Source: Candidatus Bathyarchaeota archaeon (GTDB lineage Archaea > Thermoproteota > Bathyarchaeia > Bathyarchaeales > Bathycorpusculaceae). From it: DNA of 64,000 nt. The translations under genes and the position numbers were made by a program. Each line of letters starts with the position of its first letter. Positions within the stretch are counted from its first letter, which is position 1. The notes beneath the pieces were generated by a model that did no database searches, was not told where the DNA came from, and saw only the letters and a program-made list of their open reading frames with translations. Location: positions 56,167 through 120,166 of the forward strand of contig CAVTZU010000023.1 in the NCBI GenBank assembly GCA_963739305.1. The letters run 5' to 3'. Of the stretch, positions 10,552 to 20,216 are shown piece by piece.

Positions 10552-11178
10552 ATGAGATCAAGCGATATGAGCTACACATATTCCAACGATGAACTTCTTG
10601 ACGGTGTTGCCGCCGAAGTTGTAATCTGCACTAAATGTGACCTTTGGAAAAATCGAAGAAAAGCAGTCCCCGGAATCGGAAAAACCAACACCGGAATATT
10701 CTTGGTCGGTGAAGCCCCTGGTCAATCTGAAGACAACGTAGGCGAACCGTTCGTAGGGTCAGCAGGCAAATTTCTCGACGAATTGCTAGCCGAAATCGGG
10801 CTTACAAGAAAGGACGTTTTCATAACCAACATCGTGAAGTGCAGACCGCCCGAAAACCGCGACCCGCAACCAAACGAAATCGAAACCTGCACACCCTACA
10901 TCAACAGACAGATAGGCATCATTCAGCCGAAATTTATTATTACCCTGGGCAAACACTCAACATCATACATTTTCTCAAAAACTAGTCTCACCTTTCGCAG
11001 CATAAGCCAAGCACGCGGAAAAGTCTATGAAACCTCAATTCTCGGAATGAAAATCACGGTCTTTCCAACCTTCCACCCAGCAGCCGCACTCTACAACGCA
11101 CAGTACAAGACTCAGTTACTTGAAGATTTCAAACAAATAAGAAATGAACTCTTGAAAAGAGGTCTCATCGACCGTTAG
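10552..11178 (+). CDS. udg: Family-4 uracil-DNA glycosylase ([4Fe-4S])
   Basis: CTKCDL, VGEAPG..E, PFVGSAG, NIVKCRPPENRDP, FHPAA. Confidence 0.93.
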   Translation: MRSSDMSYTYSNDELLDGVAAEVVICTKCDLWKNRRKAVPGIGKTNTGIFLVGEAPGQSEDNVGEPFVGSAGKFLDELLAEIGLTRKDVFITNIVKCRPPENRDPQPNEIETCTPYINRQIGIIQPKFIITLGKHSTSYIFSKTSLTFRSISQARGKVYETSILGMKITVFPTFHPAAALYNAQYKTQLLEDFKQIRNELLKRGLIDR

Positions 11179-11204
11179 CCCGATCTCGGCTACTAGAGCC
11201 CGTT

Positions 11205-11975
11205 CTACGCGCTCACGGGCGGCGGTGGACGCACAGATCTGCCGAGTTTTCTTCTCAAGGCAATACGGTAAAGCTTTCTCAGGGATTTCACCAGACGGTC
11301 AACGCTCGGCAAACCGGAAAATATCAAGGGAATTCCGTCATATTCCGCAAGTCTTATAGAATAATCGTCGGGCTGAACTCCGTGAAAGATCACGACGCGA
11401 GGCTTTAAACTACTGACCCGTACGATTAGCATCGGAGTAACACCATTCTCTATGTTGGTGAAAACCAACGCTCGTTCAGTGGTTGCGCCAAAAAGCTGTG
11501 AGAATTCCGGCCCTGAAAGCGTCTCGATAGCTTTCTGACTGTCAACCACAGTGTATCCATTGATCTCACGAACGTACCTGTCCATGCAAGCTGTGACTTT
11601 CCCCTCGATAGCCTTGCACAAATACTCAACCCGGACAGGCAGAGGAAACTCGCGTAGGTCAACTATAGCGTTGCTCGGAGAACTTGTCAGTTTGGCGAAC
11701 TCATGCGTAAAACGGCTGCCACGTTCTTCATCAATTTTCAGCAGAGCCCACACGAATCGTCTCACAAATCTGGCTCCAGGGCTGGGACGTCTACCACTCT
11801 CATAATCGCTGATGACAGACGAGGAAACAACCATCTTGTCGGAGAGGCTCATCTGAGAAACAGCAAAAAGCTCACGCCACTTTCGCATAGTTGCTCCTGG
11901 CTTGTTAGAGAGAATAATCTCACCCGCAATTCTTCTTGCAAGAACGGATTCACGAGCGCTCGGAGACGTAGCCAT
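11205..11975 (-). CDS. Conserved archaeal HTH (Cro/XRE-like) transcriptional regulator
   Basis: RIAGEIILS, KWRELF..SQ, SVISDYESGRR.SPG, GYTVVDS, ERALVFT. Confidence 0.85.
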   Translation of the reverse strand: MATSPSARESVLARRIAGEIILSNKPGATMRKWRELFAVSQMSLSDKMVVSSSVISDYESGRRPSPGARFVRRFVWALLKIDEERGSRFTHEFAKLTSSPSNAIVDLREFPLPVRVEYLCKAIEGKVTACMDRYVREINGYTVVDSQKAIETLSGPEFSQLFGATTERALVFTNIENGVTPMLIVRVSSLKPRVVIFHGVQPDDYSIRLAEYDGIPLIFSGLPSVDRLVKSLRKLYRIALRRKLGRSVRPPPPVSA

Positions 11976-12063
11976 GCAGCTTCTACCTTTAAGGCTTGAT
12001 TAAGCTCCCTCTAGAAAGAAGGGCACTATAAAAACCTATACGGGACGCCAAAATACGGTCATT

Positions 12064-12957
12064 TCAGGCAAGAAAAAGCAGAAAAATACCCATTACGATC
12101 AATATTGAACCCGCGAAATTGCGAACAGTGGCCTTTTCATGCAGAAAAAGCATGGCCGCCAGCGTTGAAAATAGCGGTGTAGTTGAAGATATTGGAACCG
12201 TTCGAGCTTGAGAAGTTACCGCAAAGCTGTACGCCAAAAAGAACCAGCCCAACCCCAATGCGAAAAGTCCGCCAATAATAGAGGCAGCAACAGTCTTTCT
12301 TCCCACTTTTAAAAATTGCATTCGCCTGTCAACAATGGGAGAAACCGCTAGCAAAAGACCCCCGATAGTTGCCACTCGGACGGTGCTTATGGTCAAAGCG
12401 TGATCCAGGTCGGGGGCGCTTTTCACTGCAAGATCCATCAATGAAATACTAATCGACCAAAGAACAGCTGTGGCAACGGCAATACAAACACTGAGCATCA
12501 GCGCCTTCTTCTTTGCCTCTGTTGCCCTTGCCTGAACATCGTGACTCAGGATCAGAATTCCAAGAACAATCACGACTGCTCCAATCATTACCGAGATTGT
12601 AATCTGCTCGCCAAACATGAGAGCCCACAATAGACTGAACAAAGGATAGGTGCACGTTATGGGAACAGCTCGTGAAACACCTATGGACTTCAGACTCATA
12701 AGATACATAGTATCGCCCACCCCCAAACCGATTATCCCGCTGACAGCTGTCAGAACAAAAAGCTCCCAAGACATACCAGTCAACACGCCAAACCTGCCAA
12801 TTGCCACCACGACGAGAAGCAGAATTGAGCCCGTCAAGGCGAGACGGATGATGTTCGCTGATATTGGCTTTGCCCCTTCCAGTGCCTTCTTGTAAAACAG
12901 CGCCGACACAGCCCAACTGATCGCGGCGCCCAACGCTGCCAGTTCACCAATCATCAA
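12064..12957 (-). CDS. EamA/DMT family transporter
   Basis: About 10 hydrophobic segments in two repeats; SLKSIGVSRA, PLFSTLAAMLFLHEK. Confidence 0.88.
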   Translation of the reverse strand: MMIGELAALGAAISWAVSALFYKKALEGAKPISANIIRLALTGSILLLVVVAIGRFGVLTGMSWELFVLTAVSGIIGLGVGDTMYLMSLKSIGVSRAVPITCTYPLFSLLWALMFGEQITISVMIGAVVIVLGILILSHDVQARATEAKKKALMLSVCIAVATAVLWSISISLMDLAVKSAPDLDHALTISTVRVATIGGLLLAVSPIVDRRMQFLKVGRKTVAASIIGGLFALGLGWFFLAYSFAVTSQARTVPISSTTPLFSTLAAMLFLHEKATVRNFAGSILIVMGIFLLFLA

Positions 12958-13038
12958 CTAGACCGCTTAACCAGCCATTCAGCTTGAAGCTATTAAATAT
13001 TAAAGAATGAAGAATAGAAATCGTATGGTGTTCGACGC

Positions 13039-13770
13039 ATGCAAATTGAGGTGAAGTGGAGTCCTGATGTCTCATCAAAGTTTCAGGATCTCGCGATATG
13101 TATAGGTACTTCAGAAGGAGTGTGCATTCAAAAAGACAATGAACAGCTCCGCAGACTCAAACAAATAGTTTACGAACAAGTGAAAAGCGAGCATGAAATT
13201 GATCGGCTGAAAGAAAATTCGACGGTTAGAGCCTTCAGAGACTTCTATTGGAGATTGCATATAGACCCAACAAAAACAAGACCTTCCGGCGAAGCTTTGC
13301 TCAGAAGAGTCCTACATGGCGAGGAGCTTCCCGGTATTTCCAATGTTGTGGATGCTTACAACCTAGCCTCTGTGAAAACGATAATTCCCATCAGTGGTTT
13401 CGACCTTGATCGTCTTGCTCCTCAATTTCAGGTTCGTTTTGCAGGAGAGAGCGAGTCCTTCACGGGCATTGGAATGAAGACGCCCATACTTCTAAAAAGC
13501 AACATGCTCGTTCTGGCAGACGTAAAACGAGTCCTATGCATATATCCATATCGAGATTGTGACCACACGAAAATAGCAATGACAACTCGAAACGTGGAAG
13601 TAGTTGGGTACGGCGCGCCCGGAATATCTCCGAAACAAGTTAGACAAGCAGTAGAAACCGCGCTCTCGTTCATAACGAGCGTGGCAGGAGGAAGAATAGT
13701 CGAAACAAAGGTATTCTACAGCAGATCTGAGTATTTAGAAAATTCTCAAACCAGATTGCTGCTTGAGTAA
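13039..13770 (+). CDS. Stand-alone B3/4 (PheRS-beta editing-like) domain protein
   Basis: FRDFYWRL.IDPTKTRPSGEALLRRV, ISNVVDAYNLAS, GFDLD. Confidence 0.88.
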   Translation: MQIEVKWSPDVSSKFQDLAICIGTSEGVCIQKDNEQLRRLKQIVYEQVKSEHEIDRLKENSTVRAFRDFYWRLHIDPTKTRPSGEALLRRVLHGEELPGISNVVDAYNLASVKTIIPISGFDLDRLAPQFQVRFAGESESFTGIGMKTPILLKSNMLVLADVKRVLCIYPYRDCDHTKIAMTTRNVEVVGYGAPGISPKQVRQAVETALSFITSVAGGRIVETKVFYSRSEYLENSQTRLLLE

Positions 13771-14216
13771 TAGAGAAAAGGCAAGGCAAGCAAAATCGTG
13801 TTACGCCCCTTCGCGGTCAAAGAGTACCCGACTCTGAGGGGGGGTCCCTGATCAACGGACCTGCTGATGAACTCGTATTTACCCAGAATCTTGAGTTTGT
13901 CAGACAAAGTTCGAGAATTCACTCTGAGTATCTTTTTGAGCTCCCCAAATCCAGTTTTCTCTCTCAGAAACAGTATGTACAGGATTTGAAGGTTCCATTT
14001 CTGAGACAGAAGCTCAAAACTCGACTCGAGTCCTTGTATAGTTTCCTTCAATTCCCCGAGCCCAAGCTTTTGCGTTCCGAATATTTGCAGCAATGTCTGC
14101 TCTATGCCTTCCAAGTTACTCTTCATTCGAGACTCGACCAGCTTTCTAAGCTCATTACTCAACACACCTGAAGGCTTCACTTTGCTCACTCGTTTATCAC
14201 CCTTCAAATGAAACAT
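13746..14216 (-). CDS. HxlR-family winged-helix regulator
   Basis: KWNLQIL, FGELK, RTLSDKLK.L, PPLRVGYSLTAKG. Confidence 0.85.
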   Translation of the reverse strand: MFHLKGDKRVSKVKPSGVLSNELRKLVESRMKSNLEGIEQTLLQIFGTQKLGLGELKETIQGLESSFELLSQKWNLQILYILFLREKTGFGELKKILRVNSRTLSDKLKILGKYEFISRSVDQGPPLRVGYSLTAKGRNTILLALPFLYYSSSNLV

Positions 14217-14310
14217 TGTTGAGTTTAACTATTAAATCTAGTGTGAAAAACACACCAAAACTGTGCAAAAGCGTTTTTAGTTCACGGAACAATGAAGGAA
14301 AGGTGCCAAA

Positions 14311-15081
14311 TTGCCTTTTCGAATTGAAATGGAAAAAGTTTCCCAAGAAATGGACTCCGACATAATATTGGCATTTGACTTCCCCTTCGAGAAACCCGAA
14401 AACCGAAAGATCCTGTTCGCCAGAGCGAAACGAGTTCTGGATGCTGTTCATCCATACATTTGCGCTGTGAAGTTCAACCACCACCTGGTACTCCCATTAG
14501 GAGCATTTGACGGAGTTCAGAAACTCGTTGAAACAGCGCAGAAGAAGGGTATCTTGACCATAATGGATTGCAAAGCAAACGATATTGGATCCACAAACGC
14601 CATAATTGCAGAATACTACTATTCCGCCGGGTTTGACGCCCTGATTGCAAATCCTTTCATAGGATGGGAAGATGGGTTGAAACCCATTTTTGACGTCGCA
14701 CGTCGAATGGATCGAGGCGTGATTCTTCTAGTGTACATGAGTCACAAAGGGGCGGTTGAAGGCTACGGACAAACAGTAATCGAAATGGAAAACGGAGCAA
14801 AAACGCCGCAATACATTTTGTTCGCTAAGAAAGCAATGAAATATGGTGCAGATGGAGCGGTAGTCGGAGCGACTTATCCCGAAAAAATAAAGGAGATACA
14901 CGAAATATTGGGCAAGAAAGTACCAATCTATTCCCCAGGAATAGGCGCACAGGGAGCAACGATCGAACCCGCTGTCAAAGCTGGGTCTCGTTACTTGATT
15001 GTTGGAAGGGAGATAACGCTTTCAGAGAATCCTTCTGAGACCGCCAAGAAAATGAGAGATCTCGCCAGATCCGTAAAATAG
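14311..15081 (+). CDS. pyrF: Orotidine-5'-phosphate decarboxylase
   Basis: DCKANDIGST (DxKxxDI), VVGAT, SPGIGAQG, IVGREI. Confidence 0.93.
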   Translation: MPFRIEMEKVSQEMDSDIILAFDFPFEKPENRKILFARAKRVLDAVHPYICAVKFNHHLVLPLGAFDGVQKLVETAQKKGILTIMDCKANDIGSTNAIIAEYYYSAGFDALIANPFIGWEDGLKPIFDVARRMDRGVILLVYMSHKGAVEGYGQTVIEMENGAKTPQYILFAKKAMKYGADGAVVGATYPEKIKEIHEILGKKVPIYSPGIGAQGATIEPAVKAGSRYLIVGREITLSENPSETAKKMRDLARSVK

Positions 15082-15110
15082 ACCGACCCGAACAATCTAC
15101 GAGAAAACCT

Positions 15111-15263
15111 TTATCTTCCACGCCTTTCCCAAAGCTCTTTTTTCAACAAGTCCCTTACAGAAGACCGTATCGCTGAGCTTCTGCTCGGATACATGTTAGC
15201 TCGAACGAGTTCGTCCAGCCCCTCCAAGTAAGCTTCCGGAAGCAAAACCGTTACAAGTTTCAA
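15111..15263 (-). CDS. 50-aa ribbon-helix-helix (CopG/Arc/MetJ) DNA-binding protein
   Basis: Manual translation from TTG at 15263: MKLVTVLLPEAYLEGLDELVRANMYPSRSSAIRSSVRDLLKKELWERRGR*; alternating beta-strand plus YPSRS.AIR..VR pattern; purine-rich GGGGGAAAG upstream; below the ORF-track size cutoff. Confidence 0.88.
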   Translation of the reverse strand: MKLVTVLLPEAYLEGLDELVRANMYPSRSSAIRSSVRDLLKKELWERRGR

Positions 15264-15507
15264 GATTGCTTTCCCCCGAACATGTTATGCAATATGGCAT
15301 GCACCAAATATAAGATTTAACGAGCTGAACCCTATTTCCTGACGCAAATTCTTTGACAAACGCGAAAAACTCGCGCATAACGCAAGCAGAATCGTATGAT
15401 AGACCCAATCTTTCCTGATTGCGTCCTGACGAAATCAAGCATGTAGCCGCGCGCGATGCGCAAATCATAAAACAGAAGATAACTAAGAGAGTCTACAAGG
15501 TGTTCCT

Positions 15508-16710
15508 TTGGAAGTATTTGATCCAAAGAAGTTCATTGAAACCGCGGTCGAAGAGATAAAAAGGAACGTAGGCAACCAAAGGGTGCTCGTCGCCGTATCA
15601 GGTGGTGTCGATAGCGCAACGTGCGCAGCATTGACACACAAGGCAATTGGTGAAAATCTCACCTGTGTTATCCTTGATGACGCTTTTATGAGGAACGGTG
15701 AACCAGAGCACGTTGCGGAAACGCTTTCAGCACCGCCATTCAACTTGCCGATGAAAATAGTGAACGCCCGCGAACGCTTTCTGAACGCAATTAAAAACTT
15801 GAAGGATGCCGAAGAAAAGCGAAAAATGTTTCGCGAAACGTTTTACCAAGTTTTGGCTGAAACCGCCAAGAAAGAGAAATGCAGAATCCTTGTCCAAGGG
15901 ACTATACGCGCGGACATAATAGAAACTGTCGGTGGAGTAAAAACTCAACATAACATTCTGGAACAAATGGGAATAGACCCTAAGCAGAAATTCGGGTTCA
16001 AGGTTGTCGAACCTCTCCTGCCGCTGTTTAAGGAACAAGTCAGAATGGTGGCACGACTGTTGGGTTTGCCGAATGAATTCTCTGAACGCCAACCATTTCC
16101 TGGACCAGGTTTGTCGGTTCGCGTCGTCGGCAAGATAGAACGCGATAAATTAGAAACGCTCAGAACTGCCACTGAGATTGTCGAGAATGAGCTTAAGGAG
16201 CTTAAACCAGGACAATACTTCGCGGTTATAATGGACAACCAAGAAGCCGCTCAACCATTAAGGACGCCTCACATTCAGGAAACAACTGCACGCCTTCTCA
16301 ACGTTCCTTCAAGAAACGTTCACGTAAAAGTGTTCAACGACAAAGCCACAGGCGTTGAGGGAGGAAAAAGACGATACGGAGAAGTTGTCGGGATAATAGT
16401 TGAAACCATGAACGGAAAGCTTCACCAGACATCTCTGCAAAACATATTATCCCTCCAAGCCAGAGTCATCACTGAAAGCCCCGATATCACAAGAGTCTTC
16501 TATGCTGTTGAAGACACAAGATCTGTGAAGAAATACATAGTAGGCATACGGTCGGTCGAGACAAAAGACTTCTTGGAAGCAAAAATCACGGAAGTGCCGT
16601 GGTCGAAATTGGAGAAAATAGCAGACGAGATAACCCAAAAGTGCCCCGACGTGTCAACTGTCTATTATGACGTAACTCCCAAACCACCAGCAACCATCGA
16701 AATGGAGTAA
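15508..16710 (+). CDS. GMP synthase ATP-pyrophosphatase subunit (subunit B) with extended C-terminal region
   Basis: VAVSGGVDS PP-loop, EEKRK, LVQGT, KTQHN, RQPFPGPGLSVR, YDVTPKPPATIEME. Confidence 0.88.
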   Translation: MEVFDPKKFIETAVEEIKRNVGNQRVLVAVSGGVDSATCAALTHKAIGENLTCVILDDAFMRNGEPEHVAETLSAPPFNLPMKIVNARERFLNAIKNLKDAEEKRKMFRETFYQVLAETAKKEKCRILVQGTIRADIIETVGGVKTQHNILEQMGIDPKQKFGFKVVEPLLPLFKEQVRMVARLLGLPNEFSERQPFPGPGLSVRVVGKIERDKLETLRTATEIVENELKELKPGQYFAVIMDNQEAAQPLRTPHIQETTARLLNVPSRNVHVKVFNDKATGVEGGKRRYGEVVGIIVETMNGKLHQTSLQNILSLQARVITESPDITRVFYAVEDTRSVKKYIVGIRSVETKDFLEAKITEVPWSKLEKIADEITQKCPDVSTVYYDVTPKPPATIEME

Positions 16711-16778
16711 TCCCTCTGACCTCAAACTCGAATGATTCCCGAAATGTATAAAGGCTCTTTGAACCTCATGACTGATGA

Positions 16779-17111
16779 TTGAACATGTTTCGGGTTAGAG
16801 TGCACAAAATTGAGTCAATTCGAGACCTGGACGGAAACCTAGGAAAGCGCATAGAACTAATCGAAGATCGTGATGTGCCACGCATGATCATCAGACCACA
16901 GACAGAAGAGGCAAAAGTCGTACAGGATGTTATCCAGCAATTACAGCAACAGATGCCAATCTTTCCCGGCCGAGTAGACCTCGCCGTACCAAAAATAATC
17001 CTTTTCCTAACCGAACTAGAATATGAGAGTTTAGCCATAGATTTCGATGTAAATCAAGTCTACGAAATAAGGCTTGAAAATCAGAGCTTGAAGTTCACGA
17101 AAACAGCATGA
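16779..17111 (+). CDS. Arcadin-1-like protein
   Basis: Recalled similarity to Pyrobaculum arcadin-1: D.dG...RIELIE...EEAKVVQDV...PKIILFLTE.EYE....FDVNQVYEI. Confidence 0.65.
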   Translation: MNMFRVRVHKIESIRDLDGNLGKRIELIEDRDVPRMIIRPQTEEAKVVQDVIQQLQQQMPIFPGRVDLAVPKIILFLTELEYESLAIDFDVNQVYEIRLENQSLKFTKTA

Positions 17112-17436
17112 TTTCCTTCCTTATTTGCTTCAACGCCAAATGTCTGGGATGAAAAGAAAGAACAAACATCATATTCCTCAAAGAAGTGTAGATTTCTTCG
17201 ATATTTGACGACCTTTCGCCCACACAGTAGATAGGAATTGGCTCTTCATCACCACTCGTGTAGTAGACGTAAACCGACTCGAACTTTTTCCTGAAAGTCC
17301 TGACTTCAAAGCTCAACCCTAGATGTCGGGCGATCTTTTCAGCCGCGACCCTGACGGGTTCGAATTTCTTTCCTCTCGATACGAAGCTTGAGGCGTAGAC
17401 AAACAATTTGCCATTGCAGCTTTCCAAGGTGAACAA
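17095..17436 (-). CDS. Hypothetical protein
   Basis: 113-aa ORF with protein-like composition filling the gap between arcadin and acylphosphatase. Confidence 0.7.
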   Translation of the reverse strand: MFTLESCNGKLFVYASSFVSRGKKFEPVRVAAEKIARHLGLSFEVRTFRKKFESVYVYYTSGDEEPIPIYCVGERSSNIEEIYTSLRNMMFVLSFHPRHLALKQIRKEIMLFS

Positions 17437-17534
17437 CCCTCGAATGCTTGATTCAGCAGAATACCTTTTAAAGCGAATGAGGAAACGACACCTCCATAGA
17501 GCAGAGAGATAGGTTGAAGTGAAGCCCAGAAAGA

Positions 17535-17819
17535 GTGAACAAGATGAAGGTTGGAGCGCACGTTTTTGTGAGCGGAAAAGTGCAAGGTGTTTTCTTCAGA
17601 TCAGAAACCAGATCAGAAGCAAAAGAGCATCATGTTACTGGTTGGGTGCGCAACCTAGCTGATGAGAGAGTTGAAGCCATATTCGAAGGCGAAGAGGAAG
17701 ACGTTGAAAAACTCGTAGAATTTTGTAGGAAAGGCTCTCCGGGTGCAAAGGTCGACGCAGTGAGCGTTACCTGGCAACCCTATTCTTGCGACTACGCAAG
17801 TTTTGAAATAGAAAACTGA
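17535..17819 (+). CDS. acyP: Acylphosphatase
   Basis: VSGKVQGVFFR, GWVRNL.D.RVEA. Confidence 0.95.
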   Translation: MNKMKVGAHVFVSGKVQGVFFRSETRSEAKEHHVTGWVRNLADERVEAIFEGEEEDVEKLVEFCRKGSPGAKVDAVSVTWQPYSCDYASFEIEN

Positions 17820-17842
17820 AACTACATCGAAGCTAAAAGTGC

Positions 17843-18271
17843 TCACGTGTTTTTCTTCGGTATCCTGAAATGGGAGCCTTTTCCAGCGCTAATGTATTCC
17901 CCTCCGGCTTGACGCACTGCGGAGGCGATTTTCGAGAAGTTGTCAGATCCCAAGAACTGTCTTGGCTTGATAATCACGTATTCATCCTTTTCCTCGAAAC
18001 TCAAGAGGTTCTCCAAATCGTCCGGGAACAGTGTCTTGGCATCTTCCAACGCCTTTGATCTTTCGGGTGCACGCGGTGCTCCAGCCACGGTTGCCGGCTG
18101 TGACAAAGATAGTGGCGGAGGTGCAGTAACAGGCTGCGTGATTTGTCGGACGGCCAAAGACTTTAGGGACGCGGAAACCTGCTTCAGATCTTCCTGTACA
18201 TCATTCAAAATGACGACAAGGTCATCAACCTTCTTGAGGAGAGCATCTATCTTTGCCTTGTCCGCACTCAT
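17843..18271 (-). CDS. Hypothetical protein (N-terminal coiled coil, Pro-rich linker, compact C-terminal domain)
   Basis: Heptad N-terminus, PVTAPPP linker, FPDDLENLL...GGEYISAGKGSHFRIPK. Confidence 0.75.
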   Translation of the reverse strand: MSADKAKIDALLKKVDDLVVILNDVQEDLKQVSASLKSLAVRQITQPVTAPPPLSLSQPATVAGAPRAPERSKALEDAKTLFPDDLENLLSFEEKDEYVIIKPRQFLGSDNFSKIASAVRQAGGEYISAGKGSHFRIPKKNT

Positions 18272-18359
18272 AAGACCTCTTCCTTCTAAATCCTTAATAC
18301 TTCACGCATTTATTAATTGTTTCTAACCCTTCTGACGATACAAGAACCAGGAGAATTCC

Positions 18360-19403
18360 TTGAAATTGATTGAAGTTGACGGCGGCGAAAAGGGAGGAAG
18401 TGGCACGATCCTTAGAGTGGCAGTCTCTTTGTCAGCCGTGACTGGTCAACCGCTTCACCTTTACAATATCAGACAAAAGAGACCACAGCCAGGGCTGAAA
18501 CCTCAGCATTTGGAAGCCGTCCTCACAGCGACGAAGCTCTGTAATGCCGAAGTCAGAGGCGCAACAGTCAATTCACGTGAAATTTGGTTTGAACCTGGAA
18601 CAATCAAAGGCGGCAGGATCGAGGCAGAAATCGGCACTGCTGGAAGCATTCCAATGCTCCTGATGACTGTTCTGCCCATCTGTGCTTTTGCTCAGAACCA
18701 GGTTGAGTTGCACATTTCTAAGGGTGGAACCGATGTATCAAACGCCCCGACAATCAACTACGTCCGCTTTGTCCTACTGCCAACCCTCAAACGAATGGGT
18801 CTGGAGGCAACGATAGATGTGCGGAAGTACGGTTACTATCCAAAAGGAAACGGTGAAGTCATTGGAAATGTAAAACCCGCGAACTCTCTGAAACCAGTGG
18901 TGCTGGAAAACTTCGGAAACGTGAGAGTCATCAACGGAGTGTCAGTCTGCACGTTCTTGTCCGAAAGGAAAGTGGCTGAAAGACAAGCCGAAGCAGCCGA
19001 ACAATATCTGAAGCAAAGAGGCTGCACTGCGCAAATCCAAGTAGTAAATGACGAGTCGAACACGTTACAGAAGGGCAGTTCGCTTACCTTGTGGGCCGAG
19101 ACCGACGCGAGTGTTATAATTGGAGCAGACTCGATCGGCGAAATAAAGAAATCAAGTGAAAAAGTCGGGGAAGAGGCAGCGAAGAAGCTGTATGATGAAG
19201 TTTCTGCTAAACCAACGGTTGACATACACCTTGCCGATCTACTCATTCCATATGTAGCGCTAGCACAAGGCAATTCAATATACGTCACGCGAGCCCTCTC
19301 GGAACATCTAGAAACGAACATTTGGCTCACCGAGAAACTTCTCAAAGTCAAGTTCAAGGTTGAAAAAACAGGGAACCTTTACCGGATACGAAAAACTGTC
19401 TAG
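18360..19403 (+). CDS. rtcA: RNA 3'-terminal phosphate cyclase
   Basis: IEVDG..GSGTILR, RPQPGLKPQH, TAGSI, GGTDV, GYYPKG.G, VDIHLADLL. Confidence 0.95.
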   Translation: MKLIEVDGGEKGGSGTILRVAVSLSAVTGQPLHLYNIRQKRPQPGLKPQHLEAVLTATKLCNAEVRGATVNSREIWFEPGTIKGGRIEAEIGTAGSIPMLLMTVLPICAFAQNQVELHISKGGTDVSNAPTINYVRFVLLPTLKRMGLEATIDVRKYGYYPKGNGEVIGNVKPANSLKPVVLENFGNVRVINGVSVCTFLSERKVAERQAEAAEQYLKQRGCTAQIQVVNDESNTLQKGSSLTLWAETDASVIIGADSIGEIKKSSEKVGEEAAKKLYDEVSAKPTVDIHLADLLIPYVALAQGNSIYVTRALSEHLETNIWLTEKLLKVKFKVEKTGNLYRIRKTV

Positions 19404-19417
19404 TCAGAGAGAAAACG

Positions 19418-20200
19418 ATGGTCAACGCTGATCGAAAGAAGATCATTCAGAGGTACTATGCAGTCAGGTCCAGAGATTACGATAAACAAAAGTCCAGAAC
19501 CTGGAAATCTGATAAAGGTTTTGGAACAGGAGTGTTGAACGAGCTCCTAAGCGCGTTCGCGTCTTTTGACGGAAAGCTTCTGCTGGAAATTGGCGTGGGA
19601 AGTGGAAGAAACGCGAAACCCTTGCTGGAAAAAGTCAAACTCCAACTAATCGGGCTCGACTTAACGAAAGAAATGGTCCTGACTGCAAAAAACAAACTGC
19701 TTGGCCACAGGAAGTGTGTTGACCTGGTCGTTGCGGACGCCGAACACCTTCCCTTCAAAACAGCAGCGTTCGACGGAATCTTATGCGTCAGCACGATGCA
19801 CTATTTCGAACATCCAAAAGACACCTTGGAAAATGCCGCTCAAGCCCTGAAGAACGAAGGAACTTTTTTCTATGGTGATCTTTCCCCACACGAATCGGAT
19901 GGTCAAGAGTTTTTCGAAAGACTAGAGAGAACAATCTCCAAAGCACATTTCAGATATCACAAACCTTCAGAGATGAAACATCTGTTTGACCAACACGGAT
20001 TCAGAGTCATTAAACTGAAAAGCATCTCCTACCGGAAAAGCTACGAATCATTGATTGAGGACAAAGCAGACTATTTCGGAATTGAACCAGAGAGATGTTA
20101 TCGATACATCCGAGAAGCAAACCTGGAAGCGAAAAACCAGTATGAGTTGACACAGAGAGAGTTGACTCAGTTCTACACGATCATTGTTGCCGTCAAGTAG
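19418..20200 (+). CDS. Class I SAM-dependent methyltransferase
   Basis: LLEIGVGSG, GLDLTKEM, DAEHLPF...FD. Confidence 0.88.
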   Translation: MVNADRKKIIQRYYAVRSRDYDKQKSRTWKSDKGFGTGVLNELLSAFASFDGKLLLEIGVGSGRNAKPLLEKVKLQLIGLDLTKEMVLTAKNKLLGHRKCVDLVVADAEHLPFKTAAFDGILCVSTMHYFEHPKDTLENAAQALKNEGTFFYGDLSPHESDGQEFFERLERTISKAHFRYHKPSEMKHLFDQHGFRVIKLKSISYRKSYESLIEDKADYFGIEPERCYRYIREANLEAKNQYELTQRELTQFYTIIVAVK

Positions 20201-20216
20201 GAGTTGGAGCTACAAG

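Noticed and set aside
15160-15245. Cluster of small hairpins as an ncRNA
   Set aside because: Lies within the 50-aa RHH coding sequence on the - strand.
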